A stretch of DNA of 64,000 nucleotides from Candidatus Omnitrophota bacterium (GTDB lineage Bacteria; Omnitrophota; Gorgyraeia; JAHIPI01). The notes beneath the pieces were generated by a model. That model saw nothing but the letters and a program-made list of their open reading frames with translations, did no database searches and was not told where the DNA came from. The position numbers and the translations under genes are program-made. Numbering within the stretch: the first letter of the stretch is position 1; each line of letters begins with the position of its first letter. Shown piece by piece: positions 47,935 to 57,125 of this stretch. The stretch covers positions 12,012 through 76,011 of the forward strand of contig JADHVZ010000002.1 of assembly GCA_016783745.1 (NCBI GenBank). The letters run 5' to 3'.

Positions 47935-49023
47935 CTATCTCAATTTTAATGTCGCCAGCGCAAACAGCGCAAGTATCGCAGAGATGATCCAGAAGCGGAT
48001 CGTGATCTTAGGCTCCGGCCAGCCCTTAAGCTGATAGTGATGATGCAAAGGCGCCATCAGGAATATCCTTTTTCCTTTGAGTTTGAAAGACGCCACCTGC
48101 AGGATCACTGAAAGCGCCTCGATAACAAATACTCCCCCCACGAATAGCAGCAGCACTTCCTTCTTTATCAGCACTGCCACCGTTCCTATAGCGCCGCCGA
48201 GGGCGAGTGAGCCCGTATCACCCATAAATATCGAAGCGGGATGTGAATTAAACCAGAGGAATCCCAGTCCGCCGCCTAAGATGGACGCGCAAAAAACCGT
48301 CACTTCTCCGGCCTGCGGGATAAACGGTATACCCAGATAATCGCTTACCGCAAAATGGCCGGTAACGTAGCACATAGCGCTATATGCGGCGGCGATCATG
48401 ATGACGCATCCTATGGCCAGGCCGTCAAGTCCGTCTGTCAGATTTACGGCATTACTTGATCCGACGATCACTATGATGACAAAGGGGAGGTAAAATATAC
48501 CCAGATCGATGATAAGTTTTTTAAAAAAAGGAAAATGTAAAAGCGTGCTCGCGCCTGATGAAAAATATAAAAAAAGCGCAACGACCGCGCCCATGATCAG
48601 CTGGCCGGTAAATTTGGTCTTTACCCTCAACCCTCCGCCGTCTCTACCGGACAACTTTATAAAATCATCCATAAACCCGACTACTCCAAGCCCCAGAGTC
48701 ACCCCAAGCACCAGCCATATATACGCGTTATCCCAACGCGCCCATAAAAGAGTTGAGATCAGTATGGCGGTGATGACAAGGACCCCGCCCATAGTAGGCG
48801 TTCCGGATTTATTGCCGTGAAACTTATCCAGAGTCGGAGCGTGAGGCCTGTAGGTCTTTTCCCCTATTTCCAGGAAAGATAAAAGTCTTATTATGATCGG
48901 CCCCAGCGCCACGCAGATAATAAACGCGCTGATAGCCGCAAACGCGGTCCGAAAGGTGATGTACCTGAATACGTTAAAGCCGAACCATAATTCTCTTAGC
49001 GGATAAAAGATGTGATAAAACAC
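47935..49023 (-). CDS. mraY: Phospho-N-acetylmuramoyl-pentapeptide transferase
   Basis: The MraY polytopic topology and conserved DD/GxxGxx motifs are present. The start is uncertain: the ORF-track Met at 49131 would overlap murF by 135 nt, so I propose the GTG at 49023 (VFYHIFYPL…). Confidence 0.9.
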   Translation of the reverse strand: MFYHIFYPLRELWFGFNVFRYITFRTAFAAISAFIICVALGPIIIRLLSFLEIGEKTYRPHAPTLDKFHGNKSGTPTMGGVLVITAILISTLLWARWDNAYIWLVLGVTLGLGVVGFMDDFIKLSGRDGGGLRVKTKFTGQLIMGAVVALFLYFSSGASTLLHFPFFKKLIIDLGIFYLPFVIIVIVGSSNAVNLTDGLDGLAIGCVIMIAAAYSAMCYVTGHFAVSDYLGIPFIPQAGEVTVFCASILGGGLGFLWFNSHPASIFMGDTGSLALGGAIGTVAVLIKKEVLLLFVGGVFVIEALSVILQVASFKLKGKRIFLMAPLHHHYQLKGWPEPKITIRFWIISAILALFALATLKLR

Positions 49024-50414
49024 TTGATCACGTCCTCCATTTTCGACCCGCGCGAGCCCTTGACAAGCACCACGTCGTCCGCCCGGGTGAATTTTTTTAG
49101 TATCAAAGCCGCTTCCTCCTTTGTCGCGCATGAGGCGGCCTTTTTCATGCCCGACCTTCTTGCCGCGAGAAAGCTTTTATGAGACTGCCGTCCTACAGTC
49201 AAAAAAAAGTCTATACCGGATCCGGCAACGGCCTTACCGAATCTCTTATGATAATACCCTGACCTTTGCCCCAGCTCAAGCATATCTCCGGCCACAAGTA
49301 TCCTCCTGCCGTTTGTCTTGTATCCGGCAAGCGCCTTAACAGCGTTTTTAAGAGACGCGGGATTCGAATTATATGTATCATCGATGATCTCGACTCCGCG
49401 GTAAACGCTCATGGACATCCTTTTATCAAGCGGCCTGTACTTTTTTAATGCCGTGGCTATCTCCTTGTGCCGCAGATCAAATATCCTGCCGACCGCGATA
49501 GCTGCCAGCGCGTTATATATATCATGATACGCGGCCGAGGTCACAGTATACGGATTTCCTTCAACAGTAAACCTCCAGCTATTAGCCTGTTTCTTCAATT
49601 CCTTCGCTCTGAAGTCTGATTCCCGCTTGATACCGAAGGTGACCGCTCTCAGCCCTTTCTTAGAGTAGCTTCTTAAGAATAAATCGTCATTATTCAAGAC
49701 CGCGATATCGCCTGCGCCCAGGTGATCAAGTAATTCCTTTTTAGCGCGGAATACCCCTTCTAGGTTCTTCAGATATTCCAGGTGAGACGGCCCTATATTA
49801 GTTATCACCCCTATATTAGGCATTGATATCAGGGCCAGTCTTTTTATCTCACCCGGAGCATTCATGCCCAGCTCTATTACAGCGCTTTTATTTTTACCGG
49901 ACAGCTTAAGCAAAGTCAAAGGCACGCCGATAGAATTGTTTAGCGTGCCGGAGCTCTTTAACGGATACCACCCGTTATCAAGAACGCGGGATATCATGTC
50001 TTTTGTGGCCGTCTTACCATTAGAGCCGGTGACCGCCACAAGAGGTATATCAAACCTGCTTCTGTAAAAATGAGCTAAGTCACCCAGCGCCTTTACCGTA
50101 TCTTTGCAGGCGGCGATAAATGGCTTTACCTTCCAGGCCCCGGATTCAAACTCACGCGCAAAAGAGCTCTTAGAGCAAAGCAATATTCCGGATGCGCCCT
50201 TATTAGCCGCTTCACGAGCGAAGCTATGACCATCAAATCTCGGACCTTTTATCGCTATAAAAAGATCGCCTTTGCGGATAGCCCTGCTGTTTGTAGAAAC
50301 ACCCTTTACAACGGCACCCGCGTTTCCGGCGAGAAGCCTTCCTTTTGTGGCCTCTATTATTTCGCCCGCTTTAAACATCTTCCTTAAACGCTTTCCTGAC
50401 CGCCTCTTTATCAT
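48996..50414 (-). CDS. murF: UDP-MurNAc-tripeptide--D-alanyl-D-alanine ligase
   Basis: 472-aa Mur ligase (VTGSNGKTATK). Confidence 0.9.
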   Translation of the reverse strand: MIKRRSGKRLRKMFKAGEIIEATKGRLLAGNAGAVVKGVSTNSRAIRKGDLFIAIKGPRFDGHSFAREAANKGASGILLCSKSSFAREFESGAWKVKPFIAACKDTVKALGDLAHFYRSRFDIPLVAVTGSNGKTATKDMISRVLDNGWYPLKSSGTLNNSIGVPLTLLKLSGKNKSAVIELGMNAPGEIKRLALISMPNIGVITNIGPSHLEYLKNLEGVFRAKKELLDHLGAGDIAVLNNDDLFLRSYSKKGLRAVTFGIKRESDFRAKELKKQANSWRFTVEGNPYTVTSAAYHDIYNALAAIAVGRIFDLRHKEIATALKKYRPLDKRMSMSVYRGVEIIDDTYNSNPASLKNAVKALAGYKTNGRRILVAGDMLELGQRSGYYHKRFGKAVAGSGIDFFLTVGRQSHKSFLAARRSGMKKAASCATKEEAALILKKFTRADDVVLVKGSRGSKMEDVIKCFITSFIR

Positions 50415-51831
50415 TAAACGGAAATCTGTTATCTCCGATTATTTGATAGTCCTCGTGCCCTTTACCCGCGATGACCACAATATCTGAGGCGTTTCTATTT
50501 TTAAGCGACTTTTCTATCGCCTTAGATCTATCCGGTATCTTCTCATATGATTTAAATCCGCGCCCTAATCCGGCTTCGATCTCTTTTAATATACGGCCGG
50601 GGTCTTCCTTCCTCGGGTTATCATTGGTCAATATGACATGGTCAGCGATCTCGCTTGCTATTCTGCCCATCTTCGCCCGCTTGGTCCTGTCTCTGTTGCC
50701 TCCGCACCCGAATACGACTACAAGCTCCCCGCCGCTCAAGTTCCTTAACTCAGTCAGAATATTCTTAAGCGCGTCATGGGTGTGAGCGTAATCTATGAAG
50801 ATCTTAAAGCGCTGTCCCATATCAACGCTCTCCAGCCTGCCCGGCACACAAAAGAGCCGCCCTACAGCCTCTTGTATAACGTCGGCCTTTATACCCTCAG
50901 CGTATGATATCGCGGCGGCGGCAAGGACATTATAGACATTGTGCCTGCCGATCAAAGGCGTCCTGATATTAATCGTTCCCCCGGGCATATCCAGAAAAAA
51001 ACGGGTGCCGTTTATGTCCGCTTCAATATGCCTGGCTGTAAAGTCTGCCTTATTTCTTATTCCGTAACTTAGGACCTTCGCTTTAGTAGATTTTTTAAAC
51101 CGGTCATAATACTTGTCGTCTCTATTCAATATGGCGGCGGAATCCGATTTTAATGAACGGAATAAATGCTTTTTTGAATCAATATAATCACTCATGGTCA
51201 AGTGATAGTCTAAATGATCCCCGGTTATATTTGTCAGGGCTGCCACGTTGTAACTTATGCCTGATACCCTGGACTGCTTCAACGCATGACTTGAGACTTC
51301 CATTATCACATACTTACATCCCCGCCCCGACATATCCTTAAGAAGCGAATGCAATTTTACCGGGCCGGGAGTCGTGTGAGAGGATCCGATCACACTTTGC
51401 CTGATCCTATGCTTTATGCTGCCAAGGAGCGCGGGCGACCTTCCGGATGCCTTGAAGATCTCATAGGCCAGGTGCGTTGTGGTGGTCTTGCCGTTAGTGC
51501 CGGTAACACCCGCGAACTTTAACCGCCTTGACGGTTTACCGTAAAAGCGAGCCGCTAATTCAGGCAGGATCAGAGATGTGTCCTTTACGAGAATAGTCTT
51601 CCCGCCACTCAAACCATCAATTAGTCTTGTAGCGCAAACACAAGCTGCCCCCCGCCTTACCGCATCGCGGATAAAAGTATGGCCGTCAGCCTCATACCCT
51701 TTTACCGCGATGAATAAATCGCCTTTTTTAACAGCCCGCGAGTCGACCGCGATCCCGCTTATCACGAATTCGGGGCTGAGGTTTAGGGTTTTATGCTTGA
51801 TGTTCTTGAATAATTTTTTGATTGTAATCAT
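50371..51831 (-). CDS. murE: UDP-MurNAc-L-Ala-D-Glu--2,6-diaminopimelate ligase
   Basis: 486-aa Mur ligase (VTGTNGKTTTT) with a DNPR motif (TNDNPRKE), which suggests meso-DAP specificity. Confidence 0.9.
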   Translation of the reverse strand: MITIKKLFKNIKHKTLNLSPEFVISGIAVDSRAVKKGDLFIAVKGYEADGHTFIRDAVRRGAACVCATRLIDGLSGGKTILVKDTSLILPELAARFYGKPSRRLKFAGVTGTNGKTTTTHLAYEIFKASGRSPALLGSIKHRIRQSVIGSSHTTPGPVKLHSLLKDMSGRGCKYVIMEVSSHALKQSRVSGISYNVAALTNITGDHLDYHLTMSDYIDSKKHLFRSLKSDSAAILNRDDKYYDRFKKSTKAKVLSYGIRNKADFTARHIEADINGTRFFLDMPGGTINIRTPLIGRHNVYNVLAAAAISYAEGIKADVIQEAVGRLFCVPGRLESVDMGQRFKIFIDYAHTHDALKNILTELRNLSGGELVVVFGCGGNRDRTKRAKMGRIASEIADHVILTNDNPRKEDPGRILKEIEAGLGRGFKSYEKIPDRSKAIEKSLKNRNASDIVVIAGKGHEDYQIIGDNRFPFNDKEAVRKAFKEDV

Positions 51832-51840
51832 GGTCTTCTT

Positions 51841-52007
51841 ATTCGTTGTTGTTATTAGATTTAAACCGTTAATCGTATTTCACTTCGATTACCTTTGTTC
51901 GGTTTTCGGTTCACGGTTTTCGGTTTACGGAACATCCAAGGGATTGTAAAAACCGTAAACCGTACACCGTAAACCGTACATACGATCAACGAAATAACAA
52001 CTAATTC
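51841..52007. repeat. Palindromic intergenic repeat element, family copy 1 (REP/MITE-like)
   Basis: About 165 bp between the ftsI stop and the murE start. A 28-nt core aaaaccgtaaaccgtacaccgtaaaccg and the flanks cgttaatcgtatttc…cgatcaacga are shared with a second copy at 61010-61165. The arm cggtttacgg is complementary to ccgtaaaccg, so the element folds into a long hairpin. Confidence 0.75.
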
Positions 52008-53707
52008 AAATCCGGTCGAACCCCCATGTACCTCAAGGTATTGCCGGCTATATCCGCGAATACGGGCGCGGCTACCGTCCCTCCGTAATGAAATGGCTGG
52101 GGCTCTACAAACGCCACAGCGATAGCAAGCTCAGGCTCATCCACAGGAGCGAATCCTACAAAAATAGCGTTATATTTTGTCTTGGAGTATGCCCCGTTCT
52201 CTTCTACGCGTTGCGCGGTTCCTGTCTTACCGGCTGAGGAATATCCATCTATAGACGCCATTTTTCCGGTACCGCTTTCTACAACCATTTTGAGTACGTC
52301 CTTCACCTTTAGAGCCGTCTCTTTGGATATCACCCTCCTGATAAACTCAGGTTCAAACTCTCTTATGTTTTCTCTGTTTTGATCAAGCAATCCTTTTACG
52401 ACCCTGGGACGCATAAGTATGCCGTCGTTGGCAATACACGAGATAGCTGCCGCCATCTGAAGAACGGTGACTGCTATCTCCTGTCCTATCGGAACTGATG
52501 AAATAGAGCATTTAGACCACTTTGACACTTCCCTGACGATCCCGCTGGCTTCGCCTGGCATATCAACATCAGTCTTCCCTCCGAAGCCGAATTTTGTAAT
52601 ATATTTATATAATCTCTCTTCGCCAAGCACTTCCGCCGCCTTAACAGTGCCGATATTGCTCGACTTTACTATCACGTCTTTAAATTTAAGCGTTCCGTAA
52701 GGCTTATGGTCATGCAGTATGCGTCCTCCAACGTAATATCTGCCGTTTTCGCAGTAGAATTCATCGTTTAATGAGATCAGCTTTTCTTCCAGCGCCGCGC
52801 TTGCCGTAACGATCTTAAAGGAGCTTCCCGGTTCCAGCATATCTGTCACGGCCCTGTTCCGCATCGCCTCAACCGTGGATTCCCCGCGCTTATTCAGGTC
52901 ATATGAAGGCCAGTTGCTAAGCGCCAGTATGTCTCCTGTCGAGGCGTTCATCACCACAACGCTCGCCGATTTTGGGTTGTGTTTTTTTACGCCTGCCTCC
53001 AGGGCCCGCTCCGCGATATGCTGAACTGTCTCATCAATAGTAAGCACAACATTATATCCGTCACGCGGCGGTAAGTAATGATCCTCGACCGAACTCACTT
53101 GACGTCGCTTTGCGTCGAGAACGGCGACTTTATAACCTTCCTTACCTTTTAATTCTCCGTCATAATACTTCTCAATACCCTCTAAGCCGTTGTTATCTAT
53201 ATCAACAAAACCAAGGATGTGAGACGCCAGTTCATTATTGGGATAACTTCTTTCGCTTTCAGGGACAAAGTCAATACCAGGCAGGTTTTCGGCCTTGATC
53301 TTTCGCGCTGCCTCATCAGGAAGTTTTCGTGAGATCCATACGAAAAGCTTATCGTTTGAGATCCTTTCCAGTATGCCTTCCTTGCTTAGGCCAAGTACCG
53401 AAGAAAGAAATCCGGCTGTCCCGCTCTTATCCGTGATAAAACGCGGCGCCGCATATAGAGAATATCTTGGCACATTTATAACAAGTTCTCTAAGGTTCCT
53501 GTCAAATATCACACCCCTTTTCGGGGGAAGCGTTACAACAACATTCCTGTTATTCTCCGCAATATCTCTGTAGTATTGGTGCCTGGCTACCTGGATGTAA
53601 AGCAGCCTTGCCGCCAGGCCCGTTAAACATGATATAAGTACTATAAAAACGGCGAATAACCGCCCCCTGCTGTATTTTTTATACCGATAATCCAGATTTT
53701 TTTTCAT
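52001..53707 (-). CDS. ftsI: Penicillin-binding protein 3 / FtsI (divisome transpeptidase)
   Basis: 568 aa with an N-terminal TM segment, a PBP dimerisation domain and a transpeptidase domain with SxxK/SxN/KTG motifs. Confidence 0.9.
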   Translation of the reverse strand: MKKNLDYRYKKYSRGRLFAVFIVLISCLTGLAARLLYIQVARHQYYRDIAENNRNVVVTLPPKRGVIFDRNLRELVINVPRYSLYAAPRFITDKSGTAGFLSSVLGLSKEGILERISNDKLFVWISRKLPDEAARKIKAENLPGIDFVPESERSYPNNELASHILGFVDIDNNGLEGIEKYYDGELKGKEGYKVAVLDAKRRQVSSVEDHYLPPRDGYNVVLTIDETVQHIAERALEAGVKKHNPKSASVVVMNASTGDILALSNWPSYDLNKRGESTVEAMRNRAVTDMLEPGSSFKIVTASAALEEKLISLNDEFYCENGRYYVGGRILHDHKPYGTLKFKDVIVKSSNIGTVKAAEVLGEERLYKYITKFGFGGKTDVDMPGEASGIVREVSKWSKCSISSVPIGQEIAVTVLQMAAAISCIANDGILMRPRVVKGLLDQNRENIREFEPEFIRRVISKETALKVKDVLKMVVESGTGKMASIDGYSSAGKTGTAQRVEENGAYSKTKYNAIFVGFAPVDEPELAIAVAFVEPQPFHYGGTVAAPVFADIAGNTLRYMGVRPDLN

Positions 53708-53782
53708 GAGATATTTTTACCACTATCCAGGATGAAAGAGAGGACGCAGCGTGCTGCTGGCGGCAAGTGTTCGGAAAAAAGT

Positions 53783-54169
53783 CTACATTGATGCGGGCTT
53801 ATTAGCAAGGGATCGGGCCTCTGTCTTTCTGTCTATGAAGCTAAAAAATCTTTCTAGCACCACACTCCGCCTCTCCGAAACCGTCGCTACTCCCATAACG
53901 GGCGTTTCCCTTTCCGGTGCTACAGCCCACTCGCTAGGGATTGCGTATTTCATCCCGTTATTCTTTAATCTAATCTCAAGGCTGGCGGGCGACTCTAATG
54001 TGGCTACATTATACATCAATGTTTTATAACGGTCAAGTAATTGTGAGAGCATGACCTCATCGCTTTTTATAATATAATTAGCTTTTATGAGTAGAAACTG
54101 TTGATGCGCGTAGAGTAAGCTGCAGCATGTTAATAAAACTAATGCTGTTAGGTATTTTGAAAGCCGCAT
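53783..54169 (-). CDS. ftsL: FtsL-like cell division protein
   Basis: 128-aa bitopic protein with an N-terminal TM segment. It occupies the canonical position between rsmH and ftsI. Confidence 0.55.
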   Translation of the reverse strand: MRLSKYLTALVLLTCCSLLYAHQQFLLIKANYIIKSDEVMLSQLLDRYKTLMYNVATLESPASLEIRLKNNGMKYAIPSEWAVAPERETPVMGVATVSERRSVVLERFFSFIDRKTEARSLANKPASM

Positions 54170-54171
54170 AT

Positions 54172-55080
54172 TTATTTAACCCTCTCTGCTACCCGCAGTT
54201 TGGCGCTTCTTGCTCTGGGGTTTTTGCTTGCCTCAGACTGCGCGGGCACTACAGGTTTTTTTGTGATAATTTTTAACATACCTGATTTCGAATATGCCTT
54301 AAAAAGGTTTTTTACGATCCTGTCTTCTATCGAGTGAAACGATATAACGCACATCCTCGCCCCGGGCGCTAAATACGGTATGATATTTTTTAGCCCTTCT
54401 TCTATGCTTTCGATCTCCTTGTTCACGGCTATCCGTATAGCCATGAAGATCTTGGTCGCGGGATGTATCCGCCTGAACCTGAAGCGGTAAGGAAGGGCTT
54501 CCGTGGCTATCTCCGCCAGGGCCTTTGTGCTTTTTATTCGACCACTCCTTCTTGCTTCCACGATTTTTTGCGCTATTTTATGCGCGAATCGCTCTTCCCC
54601 GAATCTTCTAAAGATCGATATCAGCTCATCCTTCGTACAGCTGTTGACGACATCAGAGGCCGTTATGGGCTCGTCTCTGTCCATGCGCATGTCAAGCGGC
54701 CCGTCATGCTTTATGCTGAATCCTCTTTCCGGTTGGCTCAACTGAAATGACGATACTCCAAAGTCAAAAAGGGCGCCGTCTATTTTTTTTATCCCGGCTT
54801 TTTCAAATATCAGGTCAATATCCCTAAAATTCGATTTAAAAAGCCTAAATCTTCCGGAGACCTTATGAAGCCTTCTCCTTGCCTCCTCAAGCGCCTCCAT
54901 ATCCCTGTCTATTCCGATCACAAATCCATCGCCGCCCACTTTTCTTAAAAACTCACTGGCATGACCGGCCAATCCTACGGTGCAATCCGCTATTACCATG
55001 CCTTTTTTTAAGTCCAAATAAGTGATCACGTCGTCCAGGAGTACCGGGGTATGTAAGATAATGTCTTTGTCCATCGTCAC
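54172..55080 (-). CDS. rsmH: 16S rRNA (cytosine1402-N4)-methyltransferase
   Basis: 302-aa SAM-dependent methyltransferase (…DCTVGLAGH…DFGVSS…). Confidence 0.95.
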   Translation of the reverse strand: MTMDKDIILHTPVLLDDVITYLDLKKGMVIADCTVGLAGHASEFLRKVGGDGFVIGIDRDMEALEEARRRLHKVSGRFRLFKSNFRDIDLIFEKAGIKKIDGALFDFGVSSFQLSQPERGFSIKHDGPLDMRMDRDEPITASDVVNSCTKDELISIFRRFGEERFAHKIAQKIVEARRSGRIKSTKALAEIATEALPYRFRFRRIHPATKIFMAIRIAVNKEIESIEEGLKNIIPYLAPGARMCVISFHSIEDRIVKNLFKAYSKSGMLKIITKKPVVPAQSEASKNPRARSAKLRVAERVK

Positions 55081-55089
55081 TCGAGAGCC

Positions 55090-55275
55090 CTACCTGTGCC
55101 TGGCTTTATCAATGGAAAAACTTCGCCATCTGTATTGAGTCAGCCCTATGTTTTCAGGTTCCCTGTTTAAGGCACGCAGCCTCTTGAGCCTTTCGATCAG
55201 TACTGACATCTCGATTAATTCATCCGTATCGTTCTTGTAATGTGTTGCCATACATTTTGCGGCCATCCCGATCAC
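55090..55275 (-). CDS. Hypothetical small ORF (61 aa) in the 244-bp mraZ-rsmH gap
   Basis: It is the only ORF in an unusually long intergenic gap. I recognise no motif, and it may be non-coding. Confidence 0.2.
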   Translation of the reverse strand: MIGMAAKCMATHYKNDTDELIEMSVLIERLKRLRALNREPENIGLTQYRWRSFSIDKARHR

Positions 55276-55324
55276 CTCCTATTCATCGCGCGCAGTGGGG
55301 CATATCACGTGCGCGGATCTATCG

Positions 55325-55774
55325 CTAAGTAGAGTGGCCCCCTTCCAGCAGGTCCTCGGCAATACTTTCAAAAGATCCTCTTTCGCTATTATAAAATTCT
55401 TTCCATTTGCTACAGTCCCATATCTCGATCCTATTTGCTACGCCTATTATCATCACATCGCGTTTTATGCCGGCGAAATCCTTCAGGTACTTCGGAAGCA
55501 GTATCCTGCCTTGCTTGTCGAAGGCCGCCTCCTGCGCGCCGGAGAAAAACAGGCGGTTGAATTTTCTGGATTGAGATCTGGTAAACGGCATGGATTTGAA
55601 TTTTGTCTCCTGCTGCTTCCACTCTTCCTCCGAAAACATGAAGAGACAGTTATCAAGGCCGCGGGTAATATAAAATTTTTCTATATAATTAACCTTGGCT
55701 TGGTCGCGAAATTTCGCGGGAAGTATCAACCTCCCCTTTTTGTCCAGCGAATGCTCGTACTCACCGTAAAACAT
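55325..55774 (-). CDS. mraZ: Transcriptional regulator MraZ
   Basis: 149 aa with a duplicated MraZ/SpoVT-AbrB-like domain, starting MFYGEYEHSLDKKGRLILPAKFR. Confidence 0.9.
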   Translation of the reverse strand: MFYGEYEHSLDKKGRLILPAKFRDQAKVNYIEKFYITRGLDNCLFMFSEEEWKQQETKFKSMPFTRSQSRKFNRLFFSGAQEAAFDKQGRILLPKYLKDFAGIKRDVMIIGVANRIEIWDCSKWKEFYNSERGSFESIAEDLLEGGHST

Positions 55775-55966
55775 ATTCCACTTCCCTCCACTTTACTCCA
55801 TTTCACAGCAAGTATACATCACTGCGCAGGCTTTTGTCAATAGCATAAAGGGACTTTATAAATAAAACTTAATAAGCTGCGGGGTAATAGGTTACGCTAA
55901 CACAATGTCTGGTATGGAGGGGTCGATAGGAATCTATATATAGTGGGCTTTAGTATATAGATATTA

Positions 55967-56383
55967 TTATTTATTATGGCTAATTTTATCCAAAAGAATA
56001 TTGATATCTTCGATGAGAGGCTTAAGGGTATCTCTTTTTCTCAGCTTCAGCTTTTTTATCTGATTCCTGGAGACTATTTGCCTCAATTCACTTTCCAGTC
56101 TTTCAATCGGCCCTACGAGATTGCGTGTCAGAACGAGGCCTATCCAAAATAAGATGACGAATACGACCGGTAAAGAAATCGCTAATGCCATGTTGACCTT
56201 TCTTAAGACAGGCAATAGGTGGTAGGCGATGATCTCGGGTATGCCAAGCTGTTCGGCCATGAGATTGAATATGACATAGTAAAGGCAGCAACCCGTTATC
56301 AAGGTAGGCAGCATAAGAGATAACGCGATCAGTATTAGATACCGGCGCTCAAGCTTGTTACGCACAAGGAAAAATTGTCTCAT
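55967..56383 (-). CDS. Small membrane protein with two TM helices and a HAMP-like cytoplasmic linker
   Basis: The start is better placed at MRQFFLV (the ATG at 56383 with an AAAGGAGG RBS) than at the ORF-track 56476. Two TM segments are followed by LVGPIERLESELRQI, an amphipathic HAMP-like helix. Confidence 0.55.
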   Translation of the reverse strand: MRQFFLVRNKLERRYLILIALSLMLPTLITGCCLYYVIFNLMAEQLGIPEIIAYHLLPVLRKVNMALAISLPVVFVILFWIGLVLTRNLVGPIERLESELRQIVSRNQIKKLKLRKRDTLKPLIEDINILLDKISHNK

Positions 56384-56399
56384 AACGGTCCTCCTTTGT

Positions 56400-57125
56400 T
56401 CATTTTTGCTCTTTATAAAAAACCTTGATATCGTCGAAAAACGCCTCGGCGCTGGAGCCCGTACTGTCTGAATCACACATAAAAGCTATCGCGCCGATCT
56501 TCGCCTTTGGTTTTGATTTAAACGCGAGGAGATAATCCACGTAAATATTTCTTTCCTCAGTAACCCATTTATCCTCCGCGGACGGCCCGGATTCCACTAC
56601 CATAAGTTTAATATTGTCGGAATACGGGCTGGAAGATATCTCACCCGCCTCGAGATCCCTGGCCCAGACATACTCCAGGACTTTGGTATTGGAAAAAAAG
56701 ATCGCCGGAAATATCACGTACACACGCGCCGCGAAATCATCCTCTTCCTGATTTAGAAGATCCTCCGGAAGCCTTTTGTCGGGAAAATCTCCGACGCGCC
56801 ATTTCCACGAGATAAAAGGCCTGCCCTTGACATCGAGATTCATCTTGTGATAGAGGGCTGAGCAGGAGCGCCTACTCATGGCGCGTACATATGACTCATC
56901 ATCTTTAGTCTCAATGGAATAGTCTACCCTCTTGTGTAATATTTTTTTATCCCACTCTTTAAGCGAGTCATCGGAAGAGAACGGAAAATACTTTATTACG
57001 TCTACTTTTTTTTCGGGAAAAATATGGGATGCGAGATCAAAGCGGATGGATATAAAAACAAGGAAGATTGCGAAAACGGTTATAACCACATATATCGTTA
57101 AGCGCTTATTTTTTTGTGCGCACAT
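56400..57125 (-). CDS. Membrane-anchored, probably periplasmic protein with weak resemblance to the DUF3047 family
   Basis: 241 aa with an N-terminal signal anchor and then a W-rich beta domain (WKWRVGDFP…AARVYVIF…). The family assignment is from memory only. It overlaps the upstream GGDEF-PilZ gene by 20 nt. Confidence 0.5.
   Translation of the reverse strand: MCAQKNKRLTIYVVITVFAIFLVFISIRFDLASHIFPEKKVDVIKYFPFSSDDSLKEWDKKILHKRVDYSIETKDDESYVRAMSRRSCSALYHKMNLDVKGRPFISWKWRVGDFPDKRLPEDLLNQEEDDFAARVYVIFPAIFFSNTKVLEYVWARDLEAGEISSSPYSDNIKLMVVESGPSAEDKWVTEERNIYVDYLLAFKSKPKAKIGAIAFMCDSDSTGSSAEAFFDDIKVFYKEQK

Noticed and set aside
55775-55830. TGGAG direct repeats with about 10-bp spacing upstream of mraZ as MraZ boxes
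   Set aside because: Only two copies are present, and they overlap the RBS. The known MraZ boxes are TGGGN repeats. The evidence is too thin to call.
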